From a virus, in IMG/VR virus record IMGVR_UViG_3300011244_000001: 58,634 nucleotides of DNA; one strand, 5' to 3'. This document shows positions 27,497 to 36,184 of this stretch, piece after piece. A program made the position numbers and the translations under genes. The notes below the pieces were generated by a model, which was not told where the DNA came from, searched no databases, and was given only the letters and a program-made list of their open reading frames with translations. Positions within the stretch are counted from its first letter, which is position 1. Every line of letters starts with the position of its first letter.

Positions 27497-27985
27497 ATGT
27501 ACGCTATTCAAACAAACATCTTCGGTAATCACGCAGCTGCCTGCTGGAACTGCGGGCAGGTGTTCGGGCCGCTCATCACGTTCACAGGAACCGAGTGTCC
27601 TGTGTGCCTGGCCGACAACAGGCTATCTCCTGGCCCCGCACAGGAAGGGGAGTTCCGGTTTTGGCGAGAAAATGATGGGGTAAACGAAGGGGTTGCCCAA
27701 AGCAATCTTGCCCAACGCTACGTCATGCACTCGCCAACGGGCTTCGAGTGGGGGTACGGCGGAAGTGGCCCGGCTGACCTCGCTCTCAATATGGTGCAGT
27801 ATGTACTAGAGAATAACCAGTGGCAAGGAGAGCGCGTGCGAAGGGGTTGGTTCGAAGAAGCCGAGGCGTTCCACCAGGAGGTCAAGAGAAACTGGCTGGT
27901 TAATATACCCCGCGAGGGCGGAACTATTGATTATCGTCAATTCGAGAGGGTAGTCATGGAGTTAGTGAAACGGTATGATGCCTAG
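27497..27985 (+). CDS. Hypothetical protein with an N-terminal Zn-ribbon
   Basis: The track ORF starts at TTG 27467; ATG 27497 (MYAIQTN) is more likely. Contains CWNCGQ...CPVC and the conserved-looking HSPTGFEWGYGGSGPADLALN. Confidence 0.55.
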   Translation: MYAIQTNIFGNHAAACWNCGQVFGPLITFTGTECPVCLADNRLSPGPAQEGEFRFWRENDGVNEGVAQSNLAQRYVMHSPTGFEWGYGGSGPADLALNMVQYVLENNQWQGERVRRGWFEEAEAFHQEVKRNWLVNIPREGGTIDYRQFERVVMELVKRYDA

Positions 27986-28196
27986 ATATGTTACGCACGG
28001 TCCAGCCCGCAGGGGGCAATGGCAGCACATCGGTCGCATGTTCCGCGAACACCCAGAGACGACCGATCAGGCGCTTGTGGACATCGCCGCCGATCTTAAT
28101 CGCAGCTTTGGCGGGCTAGGGCTGTACGGGTCGCTGGAACTGGCGGCGACACTTATCCGCTTTTTTATAGAGAGAGAACAGAAGGAAGGATGGTAG
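27975..28196 (+). CDS. Hypothetical protein (73 aa)
   Basis: Operon-style overlap with its neighbours. Confidence 0.5.
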   Translation: MMPRYVTHGPARRGQWQHIGRMFREHPETTDQALVDIAADLNRSFGGLGLYGSLELAATLIRFFIEREQKEGW

Positions 28197-28198
28197 AT

Positions 28199-28468
28199 AT
28201 GGCAAGTTTTATAGACCAAACGTTCACAGTAAGCTACGGTGATCTTAAGATTGTGGAGGAAACAAAAATGTATAGTCTAAATCCAAGTAAGTTGAACCTG
28301 ATTGAGTATGTTGTATATGACGGCGAAGAGGTCATGGACACCGAAATTGTCGTTGTCACCGGCAAGGATCACGTCGCCCTCAACGTTCACCTGCTGCGCG
28401 ACCAACCAGAAGGGGCGAAGTTGTGGTACGCCGTACTGTTGGTATTTGATAAGGCAGAGGGCGAATGA
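28199..28468 (+). CDS. Hypothetical protein (about 89 aa)
   Basis: ATG 28199 has GGAAGGA about 9 nt upstream. The track start at 28190 is less well spaced. Confidence 0.5.
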   Translation: MASFIDQTFTVSYGDLKIVEETKMYSLNPSKLNLIEYVVYDGEEVMDTEIVVVTGKDHVALNVHLLRDQPEGAKLWYAVLLVFDKAEGE

Positions 28469-28572
28469 GCGAGCTTGCGTTTGCCTTTCTAGTTGCTGCG
28501 TGTGTCCTTACCGCGCTGGCTGTTGGGGCGATTATTCAGATAGTACGGCAGGAGATAAATAGAAATGAATGA
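28465..28572 (+). CDS. Possible 35-aa single-TM peptide
   Basis: ATGA overlap with the upstream stop. Translation MSELAFAFLVAACVLTALAVGAIIQIVRQEINRNE. Not in the track because it is under 60 aa. Confidence 0.3.
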   Translation: MSELAFAFLVAACVLTALAVGAIIQIVRQEINRNE

Positions 28573-28780
28573 AGATGAGATTTTCTGGGCGATGAACATT
28601 GGTGACATGAGCGCACGCGAAGCGGCATTATATGCCGGGGTAAGCGAGGCGGAGATACAGAAACGCTTCGATCAGTGGGTAGGCGAGCCTGGGGATTCGG
28701 AAGGATTTGCTTTTCCCGATCCAGCCGAAGAACGGCAGGAGAAGAAAGGTTGGCTTAGTAAGCTATTCGGGGGCGGGTAA
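28565..28780 (+). CDS. Hypothetical protein (71 aa)
   Basis: The ATG is preceded by CGGCAGGAGATAAATAGAA, an iterated-motif copy that supplies the AGGAG RBS. Confidence 0.55.
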   Translation: MNEDEIFWAMNIGDMSAREAALYAGVSEAEIQKRFDQWVGEPGDSEGFAFPDPAEERQEKKGWLSKLFGGG

Positions 28781-29013
28781 TGGACAAAACATTTGTCAGA
28801 GGCGAACTGTACTTGTTTGGCGAAGATGTGTTTATGGCAACCTATGACTTGGACAAGGCTCGTATAGTCAGAGCGTGGGAGGGATGGACGCCAACGCGCT
28901 CTAGAACCTTTTATCACTGGTTGACATGGGAAAGCGGGCTATTCGAGCCAGTGAGCAGCCATGACGGGAAAAAGCTAGCAGACTACCTGTTGTACGAACT
29001 TGGGAACGGTTAG
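28780..29013 (+). CDS. Hypothetical protein (77 aa)
   Basis: TAATG overlap with the previous gene. Convergent with the MuF-like gene. Confidence 0.5.
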   Translation: MDKTFVRGELYLFGEDVFMATYDLDKARIVRAWEGWTPTRSRTFYHWLTWESGLFEPVSSHDGKKLADYLLYELGNG

Positions 29014-29780
29014 CTGAATCTAATGTAGCATCGGCATGAGGTGAGGCAGTCGCGCTCACCAATGGGGATCAGACTTCCAATCGGAACTGATCCCCTTGCC
29101 GTTTCTGCTAGACAACCCTCACAATGCTCTGCTGCACCCAGCACGTTTTCTTCCATCGTGTATCCCCCCACGCTCGCCCACATCCGCGCCAGTTCCCACA
29201 ACGTCTCTCTCCCTGCCGATATATACATCCCCGCCCGACGCTTAAATTGCCCGTCAAGGCGTATAGTCCCCGCTCGTATCCCGTTAGCTAGACGCGCCAG
29301 GAACGCTAACTCTCTGGCGATCATACCGTTGATGGTCTGTTGCACTTGCGGTATTTGCAGGAAGAGCGGGCCAAATATTAGTAAGGCAGCCGTCATGTGG
29401 CTATCCTCAATTGCCCCCTTCATCTGCCGCTCCCACTCGTCAACTGTTATCTTTCCCTGCCGTAGCTGCTCGGCAAGCTTGAGGTAGTCTAGTCGCTGCT
29501 TATCAATGGCAGAATCGTACTGCTGAATGAGTTCGTCTAGGTCGCGGGGGCCGTTGCGGGAAGCCCAGGTGTTGTTCCATTCCAGGTAGAGAACGACAGC
29601 CAGGTTGAGGAAAAGCAGCAGGTAAGCGCGTCTGTCCTCCTCGTCATTTATTCCCTGCCGATCCAGTAGCGCCAGGAACTCCTCGCGGTCGGTCGGGAAA
29701 TCCTCTGGGCGAGGGACGACAATGCCCCGGTCAAGGAAGCGGTAGGCTTTATTCCTTGCCTGGCGGAGGAGCTTCGTCAT
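29010..29780 (-). CDS. Head morphogenesis protein (Mu F / SPP1 gp7-like)
   Basis: The C-terminus ...HCEGCLAETARG...CLTSCRCYIRFS fits the F-like H.NCRC ending. ATG 29780 (MTKLLRQ) is preceded by AGGAGGAAAAGAAAG. The track start at 29948 lies inside the portal gene. Confidence 0.65.
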   Translation of the reverse strand: MTKLLRQARNKAYRFLDRGIVVPRPEDFPTDREEFLALLDRQGINDEEDRRAYLLLFLNLAVVLYLEWNNTWASRNGPRDLDELIQQYDSAIDKQRLDYLKLAEQLRQGKITVDEWERQMKGAIEDSHMTAALLIFGPLFLQIPQVQQTINGMIARELAFLARLANGIRAGTIRLDGQFKRRAGMYISAGRETLWELARMWASVGGYTMEENVLGAAEHCEGCLAETARGSVPIGSLIPIGERDCLTSCRCYIRFS

Positions 29781-31167
29781 CTTTCTTTTCCTCCTGTGGC
29801 GCTTTACCGTCAGGCCCCAGGCCAGCCTTAGCAAAACGCTGGGCGATTCGAACCGGATCGTTAGTCTCGTCCATCTCGGCCAATAGCTCGGCCTCTTTCT
29901 CGGAGAACCCGGCCACGATTGCAGCTTGCTTGATTCCCGCCCCTGCACCGGTCAAGGCAGTTAGTACAGTCGCCTTCTCTAGCAGCTTCGCCGTCTTTTC
30001 GCGGGTGTCGAAGTCGGCCCAGATCGGCTTGATAATCTGCGCTGTGTCGTATGACGTCCCACCAAAAGCGTTAGAGAGCTTAAGCATCATCCGCGCTGTC
30101 TCGGTCCAGCCTACGCCGATCTCGCTCGATACCGTCTGTGCTTTGGATAAAAGGATGCCCTCATGGGCCTTGTGTGTACCCTCGGAGGCCATTTGCCCCG
30201 ACTGTTGGAAGTACGACAGCGGGGTTCCCGTCACCTGACCTATGCGCTGCACAAAGCTGTCCACGACTTCAATCAGCGGGCGCAGGTCCTCGCCGGGGAA
30301 CACCTTAAGGTCGGCATCGGCAGCGCTTTTAGTTGAGTTGATGATGACGCCGGGGGAGAGTCCCGTTTCGTCTACCGTGTCGCCCACGAGCCAGATGATC
30401 CGAAAGCCCGATGCGTCAGCAGCAGCCAGTAGGTCAATGACAGCTTTGTTGAGCGCGTTCTGCATGGGAATGCCGGGGGATAACTCAGAGAGGCCGTGCG
30501 TGAAGCCCCTGGCCCGGTTGGTGAAGTGGATCATGGGGATGCCAATGGGCTTGCCCTTGTCGGTCCAATCAATGACGGCAGGAAAGCCATCTCTGGCCCA
30601 GGGCAACCAATTGTACTCAGTCTCGGTCGTGGCGAAGTAGCGGCTAATCTGGTGCGGCTCGTAGACGTTTAATCGCCTGAGCTTACCCATCTCCGGCCCC
30701 CATTCGACCCACCATCGCTTTGTTGCCGCATTAGGCTTGCCGGTCGATCCATCATAGTGAATCTGGAATCCCCCTCGTCCGTCGTAGGCAAGCTGGGAAG
30801 AGACGACTGGACGCTTTAGTTCCTCGTCCCACTCGACGAGGGCAGCGCCGTCTCCGTCACGAAGGGTAGAGACGTGGATAGCCGACTGCTTGGCGGGCAT
30901 AGCAAGAAGCTCCCACCATTCGTTGAGGGGCTTTTCGTCTTTGGCGTCAAAGGCGTGGACGTTCAGGCGATTGGCAACGCTGTCTACCACGATGCCCATG
31001 TAATTTGCGCTAAAGTCCTGGTTGGGGCGCAGTTGTAGGTAGGCGCGTTGGCGGTCGGTTATCTGTGCCTGATGGTCGCCGTCGTAATATGCGCGGTACT
31101 GGCGGTAAAGCTCGGTACGCTCCTCCGCCTCGGAAATTAGGTGATCGAGAAAAGGGTTGTTTGTCAA
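29749..31167 (-). CDS. Portal protein
   Basis: 472 aa, immediately downstream of TerL and upstream of the MuF-like gene. Acidic C-terminal tail. Confidence 0.75.
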   Translation of the reverse strand: MTNNPFLDHLISEAEERTELYRQYRAYYDGDHQAQITDRQRAYLQLRPNQDFSANYMGIVVDSVANRLNVHAFDAKDEKPLNEWWELLAMPAKQSAIHVSTLRDGDGAALVEWDEELKRPVVSSQLAYDGRGGFQIHYDGSTGKPNAATKRWWVEWGPEMGKLRRLNVYEPHQISRYFATTETEYNWLPWARDGFPAVIDWTDKGKPIGIPMIHFTNRARGFTHGLSELSPGIPMQNALNKAVIDLLAAADASGFRIIWLVGDTVDETGLSPGVIINSTKSAADADLKVFPGEDLRPLIEVVDSFVQRIGQVTGTPLSYFQQSGQMASEGTHKAHEGILLSKAQTVSSEIGVGWTETARMMLKLSNAFGGTSYDTAQIIKPIWADFDTREKTAKLLEKATVLTALTGAGAGIKQAAIVAGFSEKEAELLAEMDETNDPVRIAQRFAKAGLGPDGKAPQEEKKDDEAPPPGKE

Positions 31168-31207
31168 GGACTATCCCCCGCTTAGTTTACTACATTATAG
31201 TCCCCCA

Positions 31208-32575
31208 CTAAGCATAATGTCGAATCTTAGCCGACCCGCTGCCCTCGTCTATGTGCGCGATGAGGTAGCGCACGGTATCTAGGCCGTGATTATCCAGGTC
31301 AATAGGTACTTCGTCTTTCGTACTGACCTCTTTCTGATCCTCGATATTGCGCCATACGTAGCCGCCAAACTCTTCTTCGGTACAGGTAGGCTTGAACATC
31401 AACTCTAGTTGCTCGTCTACCTCGACCCGCGCCCCGCGTAGAAAGTAGATACGTGGCCTGCCGTCACGCTGAATCTTTAGCCGTTCCTGCACCTTCTCAA
31501 TGCCGGTCTTAATGTCCTTCTTGGCCCCTATGGTCGGGATGCCAGCTTTCTCTAGGACAGCCCTATCTTCGGCGTCATGATCGCAAATCATCGGCGCTTC
31601 GTACTCTTCCCCTGCCGAGTACGTAGCAATGCCGGGTTGCCCGTTCACGCCCTGGATATGTTCAATGGTCGTGCGCCCTGTATAGTATATTTCGCGGTAG
31701 CGGTATAGACGACCGTCTCCATCAGCGGCCCACCAGGTAACGCAGGCAGGATGCGTATATCCGAAGTCCATGACGCGGTAGCGCTTCCAGTTGTCGGGGA
31801 TGGGGAACGGGTCAATGATGTGAATAGCCTCGTCAAAGGCGTCATAGACCTGCCCCTCCGAACCAGCCCATAGCCCCAGCACGCCGCGTTTGTAACGGAG
31901 TCCCGTTAGTGAGTACAGGCGCTCCATTGTGATTTTACCCTGCGCTGTCCACTCTTGCCGCTCGTCGTCCCAGAGCGACGGGTTGTCCTGATGGACGGCA
32001 TTAAACATTCGTAGCTTACCGGCAGCTACACGTTTCAGAAGCCAATGGTTAGGGGGGCCGGGATTGCAGTCGAGGATAACCTGGGAGTACGGCATGTTCC
32101 CGGCCCGGCCAGTGGTACGCGAAAGCAGCTTCTCGTGGTCGTCCAGCAGAAGCTCCTCGGCCTGATTGATGTAGGCTAAGTCGTACTCAGCGGAGAGAAT
32201 CTTGTCGCTGTTGTCCATGCCGCCGATGACAATGCGCGATCCGTTGGGGTAATTAACGACCTCCGGCCTGCCGCCCCCAAAGACAGTGACGGGGCATAGT
32301 TCGTGACCGGGGGGATAGGGTAGTACCTTCTTAATAAATGTCTGGTAAGCGGAGTTGACGAGGGCGGCGTATTGCTTACGGGCGAAGAGGGCGTTTGTGC
32401 CGGGATACTTGACGCACAGGTTATGTACCTTATGTAGAGCGCCGAATGTCTTTCCAGTCTCGTATGGACCGGACAGCACAAGCTCTGGCTCTTTGCTGAA
32501 CCAGGCGCTCCTCGCTGCCCCTCTTAATTTTATACCGTCGTTGGAAAGCTTAACTGCGTATTCTGTATCACTCAC
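31208..32575 (-). CDS. terL: Terminase large subunit
   Basis: Walker A GPYETGKTFG and a Walker B-like LAYINQAEEL. C-terminal nuclease region with DFGYTHP...DTVRYL. 455 aa. Confidence 0.8.
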   Translation of the reverse strand: MSDTEYAVKLSNDGIKLRGAARSAWFSKEPELVLSGPYETGKTFGALHKVHNLCVKYPGTNALFARKQYAALVNSAYQTFIKKVLPYPPGHELCPVTVFGGGRPEVVNYPNGSRIVIGGMDNSDKILSAEYDLAYINQAEELLLDDHEKLLSRTTGRAGNMPYSQVILDCNPGPPNHWLLKRVAAGKLRMFNAVHQDNPSLWDDERQEWTAQGKITMERLYSLTGLRYKRGVLGLWAGSEGQVYDAFDEAIHIIDPFPIPDNWKRYRVMDFGYTHPACVTWWAADGDGRLYRYREIYYTGRTTIEHIQGVNGQPGIATYSAGEEYEAPMICDHDAEDRAVLEKAGIPTIGAKKDIKTGIEKVQERLKIQRDGRPRIYFLRGARVEVDEQLELMFKPTCTEEEFGGYVWRNIEDQKEVSTKDEVPIDLDNHGLDTVRYLIAHIDEGSGSAKIRHYA

Positions 32576-32587
32576 AAGGGAATTATA

Positions 32588-32773
32588 TTATGTTTCCCAT
32601 ACCCCCGCTAATCCCCCATCCCATCTACCCGTTGCCAGGTAGCTCCCCATCATCCGATCCCTCATCCGCTGCACATACAACTTGTCCTTGCAGCGGCGGT
32701 AAATGTTCAGGTCCCAGCGTAGCTCGTAAAGCAGGTTGTCTTTACTGGCGAACTCGTCAATTGTTACGTTCAT
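32588..32773 (-). CDS. Hypothetical protein (61 aa)
   Basis: Short ORF between the GT2 gene and TerL. Confidence 0.4.
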   Translation of the reverse strand: MNVTIDEFASKDNLLYELRWDLNIYRRCKDKLYVQRMRDRMMGSYLATGRWDGGLAGVWET

Positions 32774-32775
32774 AA

Positions 32776-33327
32776 TTATTCTCCTCTACCCATACCTTGC
32801 CAATCGCTGGCAACCAAAACCTCGTCGAACCAGGTGACAGTCGGGCGCGATTCCCACAACGCCTCCATAAACTGAAAGTCGCCGCCGTAGTCAAGCCCGA
32901 ACGCCCATATATTGTCGTACCATACGTCGCGCCGCACGATGAAGTCCTGCCCAGAGATTTCGTTGGCGATTGGCATACGGCTGCGCCAGACCGCCTCTGA
33001 CGGCAACTTACCCAGCCCGGCGCGTAAGTCACGAAAGACGACAATATCCGGTTCCCGTGCTAATTCAACGACTCGCTTTAGCATTTCAACCGCGTAGGGC
33101 GTAGCAAGGTAATCGTCGTCGTCGAGCATCAGCACATATTCGCCCTGGGGGATGTTGCGATGATGGTAAAACTGCATGTTAGCCCAAGCTATCCCCCTGC
33201 CGATCTCGTCTGCCAAAACGATGTGTTCTAGATCGGCGTCGGTCTGTCCTCGAATGGAGGAACGGCAGGAAAGAAGGAGGTTGGGGCGCGAGAGCATGTG
33301 GCGGGTGATGATGGAAAGGAATGGCAT
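32776..33327 (-). CDS. Glycosyltransferase family 2-like protein (183 aa)
   Basis: MPFLSIITRH... N-terminus and the LMLDDDDYL (DxD) motif. Confidence 0.6.
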   Translation of the reverse strand: MPFLSIITRHMLSRPNLLLSCRSSIRGQTDADLEHIVLADEIGRGIAWANMQFYHHRNIPQGEYVLMLDDDDYLATPYAVEMLKRVVELAREPDIVVFRDLRAGLGKLPSEAVWRSRMPIANEISGQDFIVRRDVWYDNIWAFGLDYGGDFQFMEALWESRPTVTWFDEVLVASDWQGMGRGE

Positions 33328-33623
33328 TAGTCGTCTCCCAGGTGTTGCAGCGCGTACTTAAGTTGGCCGTGATACCATATCAGGCGCTCTACTGACGGGT
33401 TCTGGTTCTCGAATAGCTCGTTGTACACAGTGCGGGCCACCCGTTCGCTAATCGTTCCCGATCTAGCAAGCGCAATGATCATTACCGATACCATAACAAC
33501 CAGGTCCCGTTGTGCAGCCAACTCCCGCTTGGAGGCACGCCTATACAGAAACCAGCCGGCAAACGAAGAGACTACGAAAAATCCGAGTAGGATGATAAAT
33601 TGTGTATCCATCCAGTTAGTCAT
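33327..33623 (-). CDS. Small membrane protein
   Basis: ATG 33623 (MTNWMDTQFIILLGFFVVSSFAGWFLY) is preceded by GAGGAAAACATT. The track start at 33650 overlaps the upstream gene. Confidence 0.5.
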   Translation of the reverse strand: MTNWMDTQFIILLGFFVVSSFAGWFLYRRASKRELAAQRDLVVMVSVMIIALARSGTISERVARTVYNELFENQNPSVERLIWYHGQLKYALQHLGDD

Positions 33624-33634
33624 AATGTTTTCCT

Positions 33635-34156
33635 CTACAAAGCATTCCATTGATCTTCGCTGACTACGCTAATCGCTACCTTTTGCATAATGCGAATATC
33701 AGTTCTGGCGCGAACGAGGCCCATGACCAGCGCGTGTTGCTGTAGCGCCTTGATGACAGCCAGCCGCCCATTGTGACGCGCCTTGCTTGCCACGCTCTCG
33801 CTTATCTCATCCGTCGCCTGCATATTCATGTCAGAAGAGGCATTGGCGATTACTTCATTCAAAACGCTCAACTCGAACAGTAAGTGGTCGTTGAGCATAG
33901 AGGACGACATGATGTCGTCGCGGGTCGAGATGAGGGAGCCGATGCGCCTGAGCAGGTCGGGCAGCGACATCTCTAGTATCTGCGCCATTTGCGGGTAAGT
34001 AACGCCTGCCCTGGCGAGGGCGGCTATCTGCTTGTCCAGGGCGGCGTCAACGGCAATGCGGGCAAGAGCGGCAGGGGAAAACTGGTGAGGATCGCCCAGC
34101 ACGAGGGCTGTGCTTTCCGCTAACGTCGGCTCTAAGATCGGTATCACTTCGTTCAT
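33635..34156 (-). CDS. HTH DNA-binding protein, small terminase candidate
   Basis: HTH-like AGVTYPQMAQILEMSLPDLLRRIG. 173 aa, upstream of the packaging genes but separated from TerL by three genes. Confidence 0.35.
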   Translation of the reverse strand: MNEVIPILEPTLAESTALVLGDPHQFSPAALARIAVDAALDKQIAALARAGVTYPQMAQILEMSLPDLLRRIGSLISTRDDIMSSSMLNDHLLFELSVLNEVIANASSDMNMQATDEISESVASKARHNGRLAVIKALQQHALVMGLVRARTDIRIMQKVAISVVSEDQWNAL

Positions 34157-34172
34157 TTATCTATTCTACCGA

Positions 34173-34481
34173 TTATTCGGGAATAACGTCAATGGTTATT
34201 TCCCCGGCGAGAAACAGGACTATATCAAAAAGACTTAAAAATACCTTCCCGTTAGTTAGCCGCACTTCCGCTTTTGGTTTACCGCCCGTTGGCTTCTTGT
34301 AAATCGCCAGGTACCACACAGTCCCCCAATCGCCGCCAGCAGTAGGGAACGAGATTGCTTCTATGTTGTAAATTTGTAGCCTGCCGCCAGCCCACCGCAG
34401 GCGAAAGTCGGGCAACTTCGCCCGTTCGTAGCCCGCGCCCTTAATCTCGTTTCTGCACTCGTCTAATAGTCCTGCGTACAT
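34173..34481 (-). CDS. Hypothetical protein (102 aa)
   Basis: ATG 34481 (MYAGLLDE) overlaps the upstream TAA (TAATG). The track start is GTG 34517. Confidence 0.5.
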   Translation of the reverse strand: MYAGLLDECRNEIKGAGYERAKLPDFRLRWAGGRLQIYNIEAISFPTAGGDWGTVWYLAIYKKPTGGKPKAEVRLTNGKVFLSLFDIVLFLAGEITIDVIPE

Positions 34482-34735
34482 TAGTTTGTCCTTATATTTC
34501 GCCACCGTGTCGCCCACCAGTCGTCAAATGCGTTCCAGTGCTGTATTGCGTCTATCCTACTTGGTATTCCGTGCGTGCCGAACCATTCGCCCCCTGTCCG
34601 CTCAATTGACGGATGAGACGGGCAGTTGTGAATCCAGGCGTAGTTACCTACCGCCACGAAGCTCACTGACGGCAAACGCCCGCACAGAAAGCAAGGTTGA
34701 GGAGATAGGCCGACCAGCACGGCGTCGGGCATCAT
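34481..34735 (-). CDS. Hypothetical Cys/His-rich protein (84 aa)
   Basis: ATG 34735 overlaps the upstream TGA (ATGA) and follows GGAGG. Contains CFLCG...HNCPSH. Confidence 0.5.
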   Translation of the reverse strand: MMPDAVLVGLSPQPCFLCGRLPSVSFVAVGNYAWIHNCPSHPSIERTGGEWFGTHGIPSRIDAIQHWNAFDDWWATRWRNIRTN

Positions 34736-34926
34736 CTGACCCATCCTCCGTTTAGTTGCACTACTATGTAGAGCAGCGCCAGGGTAAAGACAAACAGCAT
34801 CGGGAACATCACCCAATAACCCGCTCTCTCCATCGCCCAGAAAATGACCAGACCTATAGCCAACATAACACCGACCGTCGCAAGCAAGATGAAGGCGAGA
34901 AGCCCTAGCAGCCCAAAGTCAATCAT
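34732..34926 (-). CDS. Small membrane protein (64 aa, 2 TM)
   Basis: ATG 34926 (MIDFGLLGLLAFILLATVG) has an ATGA overlap with the RNA ligase stop. Its RBS is supplied by an iterated-motif copy (CGGCAGGGAAGGA ATG). Confidence 0.55.
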   Translation of the reverse strand: MIDFGLLGLLAFILLATVGVMLAIGLVIFWAMERAGYWVMFPMLFVFTLALLYIVVQLNGGWVR

Positions 34927-35636
34927 TCCTTCCCTGCCGTAAAGTCCCGCGTCTTTACCTTCATCATCACGCGGTTGCTCCACTTGTCGTATAGCTGGGC
35001 GACAGGATGGGCGATGACGCCCTCCATCAGCGCGTTAGGATCACCGCCGTCCAGGTACGCGACAACCGAGGTAATGCCCTGGCGCACGAGTTGGATAATA
35101 GCGTCGAATCCCCAATTTCCCAGCAGCATAGGCACCGTTTCAACGCCGAGCGAATCGGCAATCGTTTCAACCTTCTCTCTGTCTAGCCACCAGCCGTCAA
35201 TCTTGATGTCGAACAGCCGGAAGCGTTGATCCGCGCAGTAGTAGCCGCCCTTCTGAATCCCCGCCCCGTAGCCCTCGCCATATAGGACCACCTGCGGGTA
35301 CAGGCCCTCATCGTTGAGCGAGAACGTATCGAAGAGAGCGTGTCCCATAGCGAGCCTCTCTTGTAGGTATTCCAGGAGCCTGCCGGGTATCGTGGCCTTG
35401 TTCGTGCGCCCGCCAACGAGGATAGCCCCGTCCGGCTGCAATACCACACGAATGTTCATCCCGTCAATCTTCTCGTATACATGCCATAGACCAACGGCTG
35501 AGATCGCTCGATTCTTTAGGCGCGTTGGATCAACGGTGAAATCCAGGTTACGCGCAAAGGCCGTGTCAATCTTGGGGTATTCGGTGCCAGTCGGCAGTTT
35601 CCATTCATAGGGTAGGCCCATCACTAAGTCAATCAT
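34923..35636 (-). CDS. RNA ligase (nucleotidyltransferase superfamily)
   Basis: Motif I YEKIDGMNIRV (KxDG). LYGEGYGAGIQKGG. Motif V-like VMMKVKTRDF. Confidence 0.65.
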   Translation of the reverse strand: MIDLVMGLPYEWKLPTGTEYPKIDTAFARNLDFTVDPTRLKNRAISAVGLWHVYEKIDGMNIRVVLQPDGAILVGGRTNKATIPGRLLEYLQERLAMGHALFDTFSLNDEGLYPQVVLYGEGYGAGIQKGGYYCADQRFRLFDIKIDGWWLDREKVETIADSLGVETVPMLLGNWGFDAIIQLVRQGITSVVAYLDGGDPNALMEGVIAHPVAQLYDKWSNRVMMKVKTRDFTAGKE

Positions 35637-35819
35637 CTACATTCTCCCTTTGATAATGTCCATAAACTCGTCTTTACTTAACTTGCCACCGCGCTCACGC
35701 TCCATTAGCCACACAACTGACTTAACGCCATAAGTAAACCCTATCCAGCCGCCGAGAAGGGCGCCAAAGAAGAATACCAAGAAAAACCAACCAATAAACC
35801 CAATCAATTCTGGTGTCAT
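35637..35819 (-). CDS. Small membrane protein (60 aa)
   Basis: N-terminal TM LIGFIGWFFLVFFFGALLGGWIGF. Confidence 0.5.
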   Translation of the reverse strand: MTPELIGFIGWFFLVFFFGALLGGWIGFTYGVKSVVWLMERERGGKLSKDEFMDIIKGRM

Positions 35820-36169
35820 TTCTGTACCGCCTTCCCTCTCGCGCTTACCGTCGCGCCTAGCGTAACTACCCCCGGCTTGTGCAGGTTCATGCCAGGACCA
35901 GGGGGACGTCCAGGTGCGCCGGAGTCGGTAACAATGGAGTTATAGGCCGTCATCGCCAACGTTATATCATCGTGGATCGAGTGCTGCCAGTCGTTTGAAA
36001 AAACGATAAAGTACAGCGGAACGTCGGTTCCGAACTCTACGTGGGCTACTAGCTTCTTGCTGCGCCGATTAGCAAGCGGCGTGCGGTCGTCAGGGGCAAA
36101 GGCCAGGGTAACGTGGTTGTCCCTGCCGTTTAGGTCATCAATCTCTAGCTTATCTTTCTTGATACTCAT
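35816..36169 (-). CDS. Hypothetical protein (117 aa)
   Basis: Operon ORF with an ATGA overlap with its downstream neighbour. Confidence 0.5.
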   Translation of the reverse strand: MSIKKDKLEIDDLNGRDNHVTLAFAPDDRTPLANRRSKKLVAHVEFGTDVPLYFIVFSNDWQHSIHDDITLAMTAYNSIVTDSGAPGRPPGPGMNLHKPGVVTLGATVSARGKAVQK

Positions 36170-36184
36170 TTTGTTCCTCTTGTT

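Noticed and set aside
29781-29948. The upstream extension of the MuF-like ORF (track start 29948), and similar extensions at 20963, 34983, 39481, 39775, 42961, 43193, 43877, 44828, 45198, 45699 and 51428.
   Set aside because: The extensions overlap the preceding gene and lack an SD. The internal ATGs have strong SDs and stop/start coupling.
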